From the human T2T-CHM13v2.0 reference genome, Homo sapiens, in assembly GCF_009914755.1 (NCBI RefSeq), contig NC_060933.1: a DNA stretch of 64,000 nt; one strand, written 5' to 3'. Both the position numbers and the translations under genes were made by a program. This document shows positions 12,551 to 24,620 of this stretch, piece after piece; the stretch's first letter is position 1, and every line of letters starts with the position of its first letter. The notes below the pieces were generated by a model. That model was given only the letters and a program-made list of their open reading frames with translations. It was not told the DNA's origin and searched no databases.

Positions 12551-12964
12551 GACCCTCTCCTCTTGTGGGTAACCCTTCAGGAACCTTAGGCTTCAACCTT
12601 GATTTGAATCCCTAAATTTTAGCTCTGCTGGCACTTACTTGTCTGAAACTGCAGCTGCCCCCAGGGAGTGGAGCCTGTTGGAAGCCAGTCCTCTTTCTGT
12701 TCCTTCCTGCTTATCCTGTCTCCCTAGGTCCTGGCATTCCACCTACTCCCAGGATTAATGCTGTCTACCCCTTGCTTCTGGATCTCTGAAGTCTTCCTAG
12801 ACTCTGTCACAGCTCTCCATCATCAACCTGCCCAGAGGGTCTGCCCTAACATTCCCTGCATGGGTTCCGATGACAAGGGTGGAAACAAGTTTCTGATCTG
12901 ATAAAAACTCAGTCACAAAGGTTCCAGGCATTTCTGCTGAATCTCTGTATAACTGGGCTTAACA

Positions 12965-13544
12965 AAAGACAAAGCTGATCATGTCATGTTCTTGATTAAA
13001 ATCTGTCTCATATTTCCTCAAGATAAAGTTCAAAATCCTAAGCATGGCCTGCCATGTCCCACAGGACACAACACATGGCACTCTCTCTAACTTCCTCTCT
13101 CACTACCTTCCCCTCCACCTGCCATGACCAGCACCACAGACATCCTCTACCTTCCAGCCAGACTGAATTACCTGCCCTTCCCAAACACGCTCCACTCTTA
13201 CTTGCCCCAGGGACTTTGTACATCCTATTTCTCTCGCCTGGGATCCTTGCCTCCCATCTCCTTCAATACCCTCTTCCCGACTCATCTCTGTCTTTTGTAA
13301 ATCAGTTTGGCCATCATCCAAGAAGTTATCTTTGACTTCCAGGACTTATTTGGGGCCCTTCTTGGGTGTACTCCTGGCTTGCTAAACTTCTGTTTTAAGA
13401 CTAATCACCTTTAGTCGGTTTCATTGTGTCTTTCCCACTAGACTGTAAACACTCTGAGAGTGGACTTGCATTTAGATTCCTGTGCTCCAGCACCTACCAG
13501 AGTGCCTGGCACAGAAGGGTACTCAGGGAGTGCTTATACATGAA
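12965..13544 (+). mobile_element. L2 LINE 3' portion
   Basis: CTGATCATGTCA...AGATAAAGTTCAAAATCCTAAGCATGGCCT...CCCACTAGACTGTAAAC...AGTGCCTGGCACAGAAGGGTACTCA. Confidence 0.85.
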
Positions 13545-14419
13545 AAGAACTAAAGCAAGTCAGGAAACACACTTGATGAATGACAACCACATACCTGTGA
13601 AGCAGGTGATGGGCCTTGGAAAAGACAACCCTAGAGGAAAGAAGACAAGAGTAAGAATTTCTGTAATAAACTTTCTGTGAGATTTTCCAAAAGATCTGAG
13701 CACATGGAGCCGACTGCAATCCAAGACCACTAGACCACCCTGGAAAAGCACCGCCTTCTCAGAATTGCATGGGAACCCACGTCTGCCCACATTATGCTCT
13801 GAGGCCACACAGTCTGAAAATGGAGTGTCACATTTTTTGGTCTGAGCTGTGTGCTGGCCTGCTCCAAAGCTGAAGGGAACAGCATTCTCTAGGCACAAAG
13901 AATGCACTCAGACCCACTGACTAGGAATGTATTTTTAAACCAAAAAGTTTGGGAAGAGTTAAGCAGCCTGCAAGCTTTTAGAGATCTGTAGCAAACGGGA
14001 TTCAGCACAGAGACCTCCCAGGATGCAGGATTTGTACCAGACAGGAATCAAAGTTGTCCCAGATCTGGTAAAGATTTCTAAGGGCTTAAGTAATTGTCAG
14101 AGATCTATTTGCAGCGGGTCCCCAAGGTGGGTGCTAAGATGCAATGTCTGTTATCATGCAAGACCTACAAGTGCAGGCTTCTTTGCCCCAGCTGACGGGC
14201 AAATTTTGACAAAGAATAGGCTTAGTTGAGAGTACCACTGAATCATTGTGATATTGTTGAATAGAAAGACTTCAGACTAATGTCTGGCTGTGACATGGAC
14301 CTGTTATTAATGACTGTCTCCTGCAAGCTCTATTTTTTTCATCTCTGAAATGTAGACCCACTGAAACTGTATTCCCAGGGGACCATGTATCAGGACAATG
14401 AATCTAACAGCTGATTGAT

Positions 14420-14654
14420 CTAGCACAGCAGTTGAGAGGGTGGTTTGAAGAGTCTGGATGCCTGGAATGAATCCTGGCTTCACTACTTGTTGTGTGTCAT
14501 CTTTTCTTAAACTCCAAGTCTCAGTCTCTACACCTATAAAATGGAAATAATGAAAAGACATAGAAGAGTACTCATTCAGTAAAGTGAAGATTCAACATAA
14601 AACCCTTGCAAGTTCTTGTCACACAATCAAATTAATAAATGTTAACCATCATTA
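14420..14654 (+). mobile_element. MIR SINE
   Basis: GCCTGGAATGAATCCTGGCTTCACTACTT...CCTATAAAATGGAAATAAT...AATAAATGTTAACCATCATTA. Confidence 0.75.
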
Positions 14655-14804
14655 GTGAAATGGGACTATCCTTGACAGTCTAGGATGCATGGTAAACTTT
14701 GTCCTTAAGGACGGAATCTTTGTTTCAGTGGTTCCCCTTACGATATTCCAAAACAACTTTGCAGCTTCAACTCAAAGATAGTCACTGATTTGGCTTTGTC
14801 CTAC

Positions 14805-15715
14805 ATTTCAGTCAACACATATTTACTGAGATGATGTGTCCAGCCAATGCTGGGCTCTGAGGCTCTGAGGCTGCAAAGATGAAGAAGAAATAGTCCCAGC
14901 CCCTTCTGAACTCACAGATGGCTGAGAGAGTTCAATCCAAAAAGACATCATCACCGAATTAGCTCTATTTTATTATAGTCTGATAAGTCAAGTGAGAGAG
15001 GGAGACCAAGGGGACTGTGGACACACAGAGAAGAGGCCTGAGGTATGTGAAAGGCTTTCTAAAGGACAAGAGGGGAAAGGGGGTCTTCCAAATAATGGGA
15101 GGCAGAATTTGGCAGCTGGGGAAGGCAGGGTAAGCAAGTTCAACACGGGAAACAGCCAGGACAAAGGCCCAAAGATGCCATGCCATCTGGGAACAATTGG
15201 AATGACCTGGGGATGTGAGAGTAATTCACTGAAGCTAGAGGCCAGAGTGTGAAGGCAGTGATGAATTTGGGCCTTGGTAGGTAGAGGCCTGTTAGGGAGA
15301 ACTCATGAGCTGAATGCAGATTTCTCAACCTTGGCGCTATTGACATGCTGGACAGGGTGATTGCTATGAGAGTCTGTACTGTGCATTGCAGAATGTTTAG
15401 CCCTGGCCTCTATTCACTGAATGCCAGTAGCAAGCCCCTCTATCACAACCCTGTCATGACACCCCAAAATGTCTCCAGATATTATAAAATGACCAGCAGA
15501 GGTAGGGGCAAATTCACACCTTCCCCTCCCTCTGTTGAGAATCACTGGACTAAACTAAGGACTTTGAGCTTTAGACTGGTTTAGAGGCTCTTAAGGTGAA
15601 GTGACATGGTCAGATATGCAGTTAATTCAGATTACTTTGGATTAGAAACACAGCACAAAGACAGCCAATCTGGTTCAGGAGCTATTACAACAGTCTAGGA
15701 AAGAAATTATAAATG
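14805..15715 (-). mobile_element. L2 LINE 3' portion, interrupted by MER20
   Basis: CAGTCAACACATATTTACTGAG...CAAAGATGAAGAAGAAATAGTCCCAGCCC; resumes after MER20 with AAGGACTTTGAGCTTTA...GTGACATGGTCAGAT. Confidence 0.7.
15317..15547 (-). mobile_element. MER20 (hAT-Charlie MITE)
   Basis: TTTCTCAACCTTGGCGCTATTGACAT...GTGCATTGCAGAATGTTTAG...CCAAAATGTCTCCAGA...GTTGAGAATCACTG. Confidence 0.9.
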
Positions 15716-15743
15716 ACAATGGAAATATTAACCAAGGGAAGTT

Positions 15744-15763
15744 TTCTCTCTCTCTCTCTCTCT
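15744..15763 (+). repeat. (TC)n microsatellite
   Basis: About 10 TC units. Confidence 0.85.
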
Positions 15764-16007
15764 CCATCTACGTAATATAATGGATTATTAGTATATATAC
15801 AAATATATAATAGTGTATATAATACATATAGTAGTATATTAAGGCACACACACTAATTGGTGCTGTAAAAAAGTGGAGAGTGACTATAAGAGAAGACAGT
15901 GGTAAGTCTTTATCTCTTCTCCCAGGATAAATAGAAATTTTTTTTGAATTGTTTAATAATTCTCCAGAATAATTATAAATACCATCACTGCACTTTAAAA
16001 TTGCTAA

Positions 16008-16198
16008 CAGCATTTTACAAACATTAGCTCATGGAATTCTCACCAGAGCCCCATAAATTAGGTTTTATAGTCCCCATATTAAGGATGAAGAAAGTGAGGT
16101 TTAGAGAGTTAACAATTTACACAAACTGATGCAGCCAGTAAACTGTGGAGCGTGGACTCACTTCTTGAGTCCAAATTTCATTCTCTTTCCACTGTATC
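16008..16198 (-). mobile_element. MIR SINE
   Basis: TCCCCATATTAAGGATGAAGAAAGTGAGGTTTAGAGAGTTAA. Confidence 0.7.
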
Positions 16199-16714
16199 CT
16201 GAAAGATGTTTCATAAACACAAGGCTTATGGTACTCTGATTCATTGCAATCAGTTCGATCTGGGGCATGTTAAAAGAACTCCGTTTAATTTTTCAAACAA
16301 TACATTTCCAAGCAAATGATCTCATAAAAATACGAAAGGAAGAGAATCCCCAAAAGTGGAAAGTTTTATATGACTTGTATGCCTGCTTTCTTTTTTCTCT
16401 TTTTGTTTCGGTGTTAATGAAGGACATGCTCTTTCTTTCCTTACTCAGTCCAGGCTCTTGTAACTATGCTCACCAGCCCTAGCTGAAGCACAAACACCAC
16501 GCGCATATTTGTCCCTAGAAACTCTTCAGGCTTCTGTGAACTTGACACCTGAAGTGAATGTGCAGTTTGCCACACCAGGTAGGCCACTGAGGAAGTGGCA
16601 GAGAGGATCAAATCCTTTACTTAATTTGTCTGAATGTCCCTTGTTGCCAACAAATCCTTCTTGTTTATGTTGGGAAGAAGAAAAATAAGTGGGTTAGTGA
16701 CATTTATTTAGTTT

Positions 16715-17432
16715 CATTTTAAATGAATAAATAATAATTGTATCTAGGTACAAGTTACAATGTGATGTTTTGATATATATTTCCAATGTGGAATGACTAC
16801 ATCAGGCTAATTAAACGTATCAACTCACATACTTATCATTTTGGGGGGGTGAAAACATTTAAAATATTTTTGCGATTTGGAAATACACAAGGATTATTAT
16901 TAGAGTCACCATTCTGTGCAATAGACTAAAGTCTATTCCTACTGCCTAACTGAAATGTTGTACCTTTTCATCAACATCTCCCTTTCCCCATCCACCCCCC
17001 TTCCTAGCCTCTGGTAACCATCATTCTACTCTCCACTTTTATGAATTCAACAGTTTTAGATCCCACATATATGTGAGATCATGTGGTATTTGTCTTTCTC
17101 TGCCTGGCTTATTTCAGTTTGCATAATGCCCTCCAGCTTCATCCATGTTGTCAAAAATGACAGGATTTCTCACCTTTTTAAGGCTGAGTAGTATTCCACT
17201 GTGAATATATACCCTATTTTATTTATCAGTTCATCTGATGATGGACATCTGGGTTGTTTCTATAGTTTAGCTATTATGAATAATGCTGCAATTAACATGT
17301 GAGTGCAGGTATCTCTTCAGCATACTGATTTTAATTCCTTTGGATATACAACCAGAAGTGAGATTACTGGATTGTGTGGTAATTCCATTTTTAGTCTTCT
17401 GAGGAAACTTCATACTGTTGTCCATAATGCCT
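16715..17432 (-). mobile_element. L1MA (MA6-MA9-like) 3' end
   Basis: GCCTCTGGTAACCATCATTCTACTCTC...TTTTAGATCCCACATAT...GCCTGGCTTATTTCA...TTTAAGGCTGAGTAGTATTCCA. Confidence 0.9.
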
Positions 17433-17849
17433 ATATATTTTTTGCTGGTGCAAAGTTTACGGCTGATAAATCTGTCTAAATGTTGTTAACAGGTCAAGTG
17501 CACCTGGGGGCTAAATGTGATTCAGCCAGACTTGTGAATGAATGTGTTTTCCCTAGTTGCATCCACACATCATTTGTTACACTGTTTGAAAGACTTGACT
17601 GGTGGCTGTACCCAGCCCTGTCTCCACCCTGAGTTTTAAAGCTTGCTCCATTTACAGAGTTTTCCAGCAATTCTAGGAAAAAAATTTTCTGGAAGGAGCA
17701 TCAGTGTTGTTCTGCACACTGGGCAGGAAAGAGAGATGTTACTGAATGTATTCAAACTACATTGTTGCTCTATTTTTTAACATAAATTTGCTTGAGAATT
17801 TGATTAAAAGTCAGAGGCTAATTTGGCCACGGGAGGTTGAAAGAAACAA

Positions 17850-18230
17850 ATATTTATTCAGAGCTTATTAAGGGCTAGGATTTGTGTTAGACACTCTGCT
17901 GCTTATCTCTTTAATTCCAACCACAATTCTGTGAGAAATCATCCCTTTATCCTCATTTTCTAAAAAGACACTTGGAGGCTCAAGAAGTACAAACAACTTG
18001 CCCAAGACCACTCAGCAAGTAAGGAGCAGAACTGACAATATTTACTCACTCTTTAAACCATCAGTTGAGAGTCTGCCATTGCCATGCACTGTTCTGGGCA
18101 CTGAAGATATATCGGTGACCAAACAGACAAAACCCTCTGTGTACAGAGAGCACCTGGATGGAGAGATAGAAAATAAACATAATAAACATGTAAAATGCAT
18201 GGTATGTTAATTAAATATAAGGTAACAGGT
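17850..18230 (-). mobile_element. Adjacent MIR (about 17850-18040) and L2 3' (about 18045-18230) fragments
   Basis: MIR: ACAACTTGCCCAAGACCACTCAGCAAGTAAG. L2: CACTGTTCTGGGCACTGAAGATATATCGGTGACCAAACAGAC. Confidence 0.65.
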
Positions 18231-18231
18231 G

Positions 18232-18450
18232 CTGCAGTAGTTAATGATGCTGTTTACCAAATATTTCCAGGGCTTGGGTTTCCATGTGCCTGGCTCTGGC
18301 AAATGAATGGTGAGTGGTTTCACTTCTGGGCTGGAGTGTGTAATTGCTAGTTTAAGACCCTCCGGCACACTTTCTGCCCCCTGCCATGCTGATGGGCAAG
18401 AGTCCAGGTGGTGCTCACTCCATCAGCCTGACTTACAGGTAAGCACTCCA
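18232..18450 (+). mobile_element. MaLR LTR fragment (MLT1I/J-like)
   Basis: CCAAATATTTCCAG...CTCTGGCAAATGAA...CACTTCTGGGCTGGAG...TAATTGCTAG...AGACCCTCC...CATCAGCCTG. Confidence 0.65.
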
Positions 18451-18683
18451 GAGTCAGCCTCTGTGGTAGGGGACCACTGGATTAGAATGAATCTGGAAGG
18501 AGGAATGAGGCTATATGAAAGAAAAAGGGAGAGGTCCACTGGGGTAGTAATGAACACTGAATTCTGAGCATTACAATAAGGGATTACTGTGAGGTCCTGC
18601 CCTGGGGTTCAAGACCAGCTGAGCAAATAGCCCAGAGCCAGCAGACAGGGGAATAGGCTCCAATGGGCTACCTTCCATTATAG

Positions 18684-18900
18684 CAGGGAGCATGGTACAG
18701 TGAAGGAGATGGGGAAGATGTCGTGTAGACACGGGATCAAATCTTCATTGTCCCATTAACCAGCTGAAGAAAAATCTTAACCTTGAAATAGTTAAATTCT
18801 GAATTTCATTTTATTTGCAAAATGTAAGTAACAAACTTTTGCTTTATGGAATTGTTATATTAAGACTTAAATCAGGTGGAGTCTATGAAATGAAAGTGCG
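18684..18900 (+). mobile_element. MIR SINE, eroded
   Basis: GGGAGCATGGTACAGTGAAGGAG...GGATCAAATCTT...TTTGCAAAATG. Confidence 0.5.
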
Positions 18901-19995
18901 CCAGCTGTCCTCTGTCGCCCCCACCCCAGTGCTCTTCCTTAGCACCTGGTCCTTGGAATTATGAATTCTGTGTTGTCTGCATCTGGCTTCAAGCATGACT
19001 TTTCCTAGCTAAATTAGATTGCCTTTTCTTTTAAAAGGTTGGTTCTTGTTTTGTTTTGTTTTTCACTCTAGTTTCTTTGTTTTGTTTTGTTTGGGTGTTT
19101 TTTGCTTTCCATTTGTCTTCAAAAAATGGTTTATGTATCCACTGTTTAACATTCCAAAGACAGGACACTTTTCTCAACATAGTTTTGTGTTGTGTAACAA
19201 ACGCATTGCTTCTCACTTCCTATGAGAGCTGTTCTATCTTCTTCTCCTCTCCTTTGCTCTCTTTCCTTCCTACAAAGAGTGAAGAAGAAAGTTTCCTAAC
19301 GGCCCCTGTCTCCTGAATCACCCTCCCTTCTCTTGGGACCCCGCCTGTTGATGGAAATGTATAATTGGATTAAACAGGTTTATGTCTTCTCGTCCTGTTT
19401 CCTGTGTAATTTATGTCCTTCATCACACATCTGTTAAAAGAAAAAAAAGGAGAAGAAGAAGGAAGTGTCTTCCTTGTTCATAGAGAAAAATCAATTATCC
19501 TCCCCTCTAAAATGAAATCATATGTATTTATTTGGTGGAAAATCTTCAAAGAAACTAAGAGGATCTCTCTACAATATTCAGGCCACCCATACAACTCCCC
19601 CCCCCAACCCCTGTGTCTGCTTTGATGTTTTATTAATCAAAAGTGTGTTAGTTACACACTGGGCACTATAACAAATATGAGCAAGACATGATCTGATCCT
19701 TTCCCTCAAGGAGCACAGAGTCTAGAAGAGGAACTAGACATGGCACATTGCATTACAGTGTGACTCACAGTGCTGAGAGCAATGGTCAGAGGTGGCCCAG
19801 GGAATGCAACTGATTTGAGGCTCTGGTATAGCTAGAACCAAAGGGTAGGGGCAGGAGTGAGGGTCCTGTGAAGACAGAGAGGTGGGAGATAAGGTTTGAG
19901 TGGTCAGCCAACCATTTCATAAAGAGCTCCAGTTCTAAGGGGAAAAAAAAAGTGTAGAATTTATTTGTTTTCCCCAAGAGAGAAGAGGATTAGAG

Positions 19996-20528
19996 CAGGC
20001 ATCTCCAAACCCTGGGCCAGGAATCAGTACTGGTCTGTGGCCTGTTAGGAACCACGCCACACAGCAGGAGGTCAGTAGTGGGTGAGCTTTACTTTTCATC
20101 TGTACTTTACAGCCACTCCCCATCACTCACATTACGACCTGAGCTCTGTCTACCGTCAGATCAGTGAGGGCATTAGATTCTCATAGGAGTGCAAACCCTG
20201 CTGTGAACTGCGCATGCAAGGGATCCAGGTTGCACATTTCTTATGAGAATCTAATGCCTGATGATCTGTCACTGTCTCCCATTACCCCCACATGGGACCG
20301 TCTGGTTGCAGAAAAACAAGCTCAGGGCTCCCACTGATTCTACATTATAGTGAATTGTATAATTATTTCATTATATATTACAATGTCATAATAATAGAAA
20401 TAAAGTGTGCAATAAATGTAATGTGCTTGAATCATCTGGAAACCATCCTCCCACCCCACCACCTCATCCATGGAAAAACTGTCTTCCACGAAACCAGTTC
20501 TTGATGCCAAGATAGTTGGGGACCGCTG
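19996..20528 (+). mobile_element. MER1A (hAT-Charlie DNA transposon derivative)
   Basis: 533 bp; GGCCTGTTAGGAACC...CATTAGATTCTCATAGGAG...TTGGGGACCGCTG; perfect 8-bp TSD GATTAGAG (19988-19995 / 20529-20536). Confidence 0.95.
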
Positions 20529-21744
20529 GATTAGAGGATTTTGGCTTTGGAGATTGACTCCAGAGTAAATCTGGATTGGTTCTAATTCAGAAATGGAAAA
20601 TAGAAGCAGAAAAAGAATGGAACTAGTTAGACACTGTGCTGAGAAATGAAATCAGTTATCTCTTTTGATTCTCACAATACCCCAGCAAGGACCTGCTTCA
20701 CCAGAAGCTATTATTCCACTCAGTTTATACTTGAGAGGGCTATGGTTCAGAAAGACTAAATGGGGAAAGGGTTATCACTGCTCTACTTCCCACCAGGGTT
20801 GACCACTGGGGATCAGCAGTGTGTGTGGGGTCAGCAGTGTGCATGCATGCATCGCTCTAGGGTAAGATGGGCTCTTGTGTGGTGGCCCAGGGCCAGGTGC
20901 CCTGTATCTGTCTGATGGACTGAGAGCCAAGGCAAAGCTCTTCCCAGTGATGGTTGGAAAACCAAAATGATATGTCCTTACTATGTGGGTTTTTTCCCAC
21001 ACATTTGTTCACTCCATGGGCTTTTATAATTATGGTGCCCTGAACCTGACAAAAGCTAGATGTTATGATAGATAAGCCAATGGTAGCTGGAGGAAAGATG
21101 CACTCCCAGTAAAATGTACAATTACCAGGGATGGCACAACCCCAGCCAAGGGTCCTAAAGCCCCTAAAACACTTTTGCTTTCTCCCATTTTCAACATTGA
21201 TATGCAAGTGGAGCTTAGACCCTAGAACACCACAATTGGATGAACAAGGCTTGCATAAAAGATATGTGGTCTTCGTGAATCTTTGCCTTGAAATCTAGAG
21301 AAGCATGTCATAGGGGGACCAGGGCCATCTTCACCAACTACTCAAATGGTGTTTCCCACATCGCTATCTGAGACAGATAAGACAGTTGCTGGTATTGGGG
21401 CTCCAAACAATTCCCACTGGCAGGTCATTTCTCCAGCAGCCTTCCTCCCTGGGGTGGACTACTTTGTGTGCATGGATAAGGACATGAGGCCTACTAATGA
21501 CCTGAGAAAGGAGACCTCCCTCACCCTTGCTTCTATAGGGTCCATCAGAAGGAGTTTACCAAAGACCTTGGTCTTTGTCTCAAGCCCACATTCTCAAAAA
21601 GGAATGTGATTTTATTTTATGGTCACTTGCAGACTCACCAAGGCCTGTCACCAGGTAAGAATGATTGATAAAAATAAACAACAATGTGGATGTTGGGCAG
21701 AACCAAAGCCACTTGAACAAGAACCTGGTTCTCCAGAAACCAGT

Positions 21745-22119
21745 TGATATGATTTGGCTGTGTCCCCACCCAAATCTCACCTTGAACTGTAGTTACCATA
21801 ATCCCCACATGTTGTGGGAGGGACAAGTGGGAGGTAATTGGATCATAGGGGCAGTTACCTCCATCCTATTCTCATGATAGTGAGTGAGTTCTCACAAGAT
21901 CTGATAGTTTTATAAGGGGCTTTCCCCCTCTTTGCTCTGCACTTCTCCTTGCTGCCACCATGTGAGGAAGGATGTGTTTGCTTCTCCTTCCACCATGATT
22001 TTAAGTTTCCTGAGGCCTCCCCAGCCCTGTGGAATTGTGAGTCAATTAAACCTCTTTCCTTTATAAATTACCCAGTCTCAGCTATGTCCTTATTAGCAGT
22101 GTGAGGATGGACTAATACA
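21745..22119 (+). mobile_element. MaLR solo LTR, THE1C/D
   Basis: TGATATGATTTGGCTGTGTCCCCACCCAAATCTC...GTGAGTCAATTAAACCTC...ACTAATACA; perfect 5-bp TSD CCAGT. Confidence 0.95.
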
Positions 22120-24074
22120 CCAGTCAAAGCCATTTTCCTGGATTGTATGTGGGATAAAGAGCTGCCAGGCTGACCTGAAGAAGCTCAGAGATGTAGCCAA
22201 AGAATCACTATATAATCTGTTTAAAGGGCTAGGCTTCCAAGAAGGACTGAAGTAGTGCAGGGAAAGGTGTGAGGGATCCTAGTAGGAGGGCTATTTGTCC
22301 TCCTTACAGGTCAGCCTCATTGGGCCCAGTTTTCTCAGATTACATGTAACTCCTCTTCTTTTTTCTGTTTCCTTGAAAACTATTGCACAAATACAGCAAT
22401 TCTCGGCCCCTACCATGCTTGGACAAAACTGATTCTTTGGCTCAAGCATTGAAAGTGAAAATTCCTAGGGTTGCCTGGCACCATTAGTCTCCCCTTATCA
22501 CCCTAGCAACCCTTGAAGATGGAAGGAATAGATAATGCCAACGACCACTCATCTGACAAATGAGGGTTCCGACAGAGGGTGACTTTTCCAGAACTAGAAG
22601 GGAGACTGTCTGACACATCCAGGCAGCTTTCTCTGTCAGTGTGCTGTGGGGTTGGACACAGTGGCCCTCATTCTCACTGCTGCACATTCATAAGTTGTCA
22701 TTTTAAGCCATATTGCCCTCTCCTTTCAAAGTGCCATAGGGCAGTTGTTTCATAACACTGAGGAACTCCATCGAATTTGGGCTTTATTGATAAAATGGAA
22801 GGTCTTCTTTGTATGCACGCACAATGGGAGGATTCAAATCAAGACCACCTTCCTGACTGTTTTTTGTCTATCTCAAGGCAATGTTGGGTTCCTAAAAAGA
22901 GCAAAGGAGTCATATTGTTTTTTTCGTTGTTATGCTGCTTCTTATTGATTGGCTCTCTGGTGGTGATGATCTCTGGCTCCCTCTTGATCTCTCAGTTCCT
23001 GATGGAAACTTTGCTCTCAGTTCCTAATGGAAACTTTAGTTTTTCTTTTTCTTCTCAAAGAACTTATAGTGACATGAAATGCATCATCTTTTTGGCCCTG
23101 TTTTGACCCACCAGCCATCCTGTCCCTGATTTTTTTTTTTCCTCATTGTGCAAGTCAGAAAGTCTCTCCCTTAAAGCCTTTATCCCTTTCCTATGGTTTG
23201 CAAGACTTCATAACATCAGGGTTATTTTCCAGCCATAAAGTGCTCTGATTCAAAAGAATATGTTCCTCTCTGTTAGTGCTAAGCAACCTTTTAGCTCTCA
23301 GATAATTCCAAAAGAGTAATGTCAACAATCCCTTTTTTCTCGTCAATTCAAAATGAAGATAGCTATATTGGGTCCTAGACAGTCCACTGCTAGAAGAGCC
23401 CTGAGATTTTTTCTGACCCTTCAGGTAGGACGGGAGTTAGGGGATGCTCCAGGGTAGGTCCCTCAACATTTATCCCTTCTTTGAGGGCCACAAGCTAAGA
23501 GCCCCTTCCAGGCACTATCCTCAGGGACCAATGGGTTCCAGAATCTCTTGTGTTATTGTTGTATCTTAATTTAATAGCTACTTCTAAGGTAGTTTGCTAA
23601 TAAAATATAGTCTTTTCATTTATTAACTTTGAAAGTTTCATTGAGCACATTTCTATGGTGAATGATATGTATAAACCTACAATCTGTCCTTGGGACCCAT
23701 TTGACTATAACATGGTTTCTCCTGTGGCTATTTGGCAATACTTTCCACTCATGAAGAAAGTTTTTGTAATTTTCCCATTGTTGTTTTCTGACAATGAAGT
23801 CAACATGCTAAAGTTGCAGAAGCAGGGTTTATAGCATTACACGCCTCTTGGCAAAGTAAATGAGAGAACAATGTTTGTTGTGATTTCTTCATCAATACGA
23901 TTTTGGGAGAGAATAAATTGGTTAAAAAATTAGATTAAATTAAATTATTTGCTCCAGAAATACAGCTAATGATAACAAGGAAGGCTTGAATCAAGTCTAA
24001 TTTTGTTCCATAGCTTGACCACTTCGCATGGTTGGATTAGAAAGCCAGAAATATATCTGGTGTGTTCCTGGGGC

Positions 24075-24620
24075 TTGATTTTACATTTTCATCTTATAAA
24101 TGGGAGAACAGAGGTCAGAGTAGGGTAGGATCTCCCCAAGGTCATACAGATCAGCAGCCAGGCTGCAATGAGAAGCTAGGCCTCCTCACTCCCCAGGCAT
24201 GGTTCTGTCCACTCTTCTAGGGGCTTAGGGTCATTTCCTTTTCCTACTATGCACTGGGCACTACTTAATTTTCTCTTTCATTACATTAAATGGCTGAATA
24301 CTGTGGCTCAAAGCAACACATAAAAATCATAGTTCCACATCGCCATGCACACATATTCTTGCCACTTCCACATAGGAACAGAATCTTTGAAAGTATGATG
24401 CAAAAACAGCCAGTCTGCTCAGTTGGTAGGTACCATGGTAGAGTAAAAATATTTTGGCTTTAAAATTAGACCAATCTGGGTTTTAAACCTGGCCCTATCT
24501 CTAACTAGCTGCATGGCCTTGAGCATACCACACAACCCCTGAGCCTGAGTTTAGTGTTTGGCCCAGGAGAAGTTCCATGTATATACATTAGCACCTCTTT
24601 CTGGTACATAGCAGTCTACA
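24075..24620. mobile_element. Two MIR fragments (about 24075-24220 minus, about 24430-24620 plus)
   Basis: CCCAAGGTCATACAG (reversed core); CCTGGCCCTATCTCTAACTAGCTGCATGGCCTTGAGCA (forward core). Confidence 0.6.

Noticed and set aside
20171-20256. Hairpin CATTAGATTCTCATA...TATGAGAATCTAATG
   Set aside because: It is an intrinsic internal palindrome of MER1 elements, not specific to this locus.
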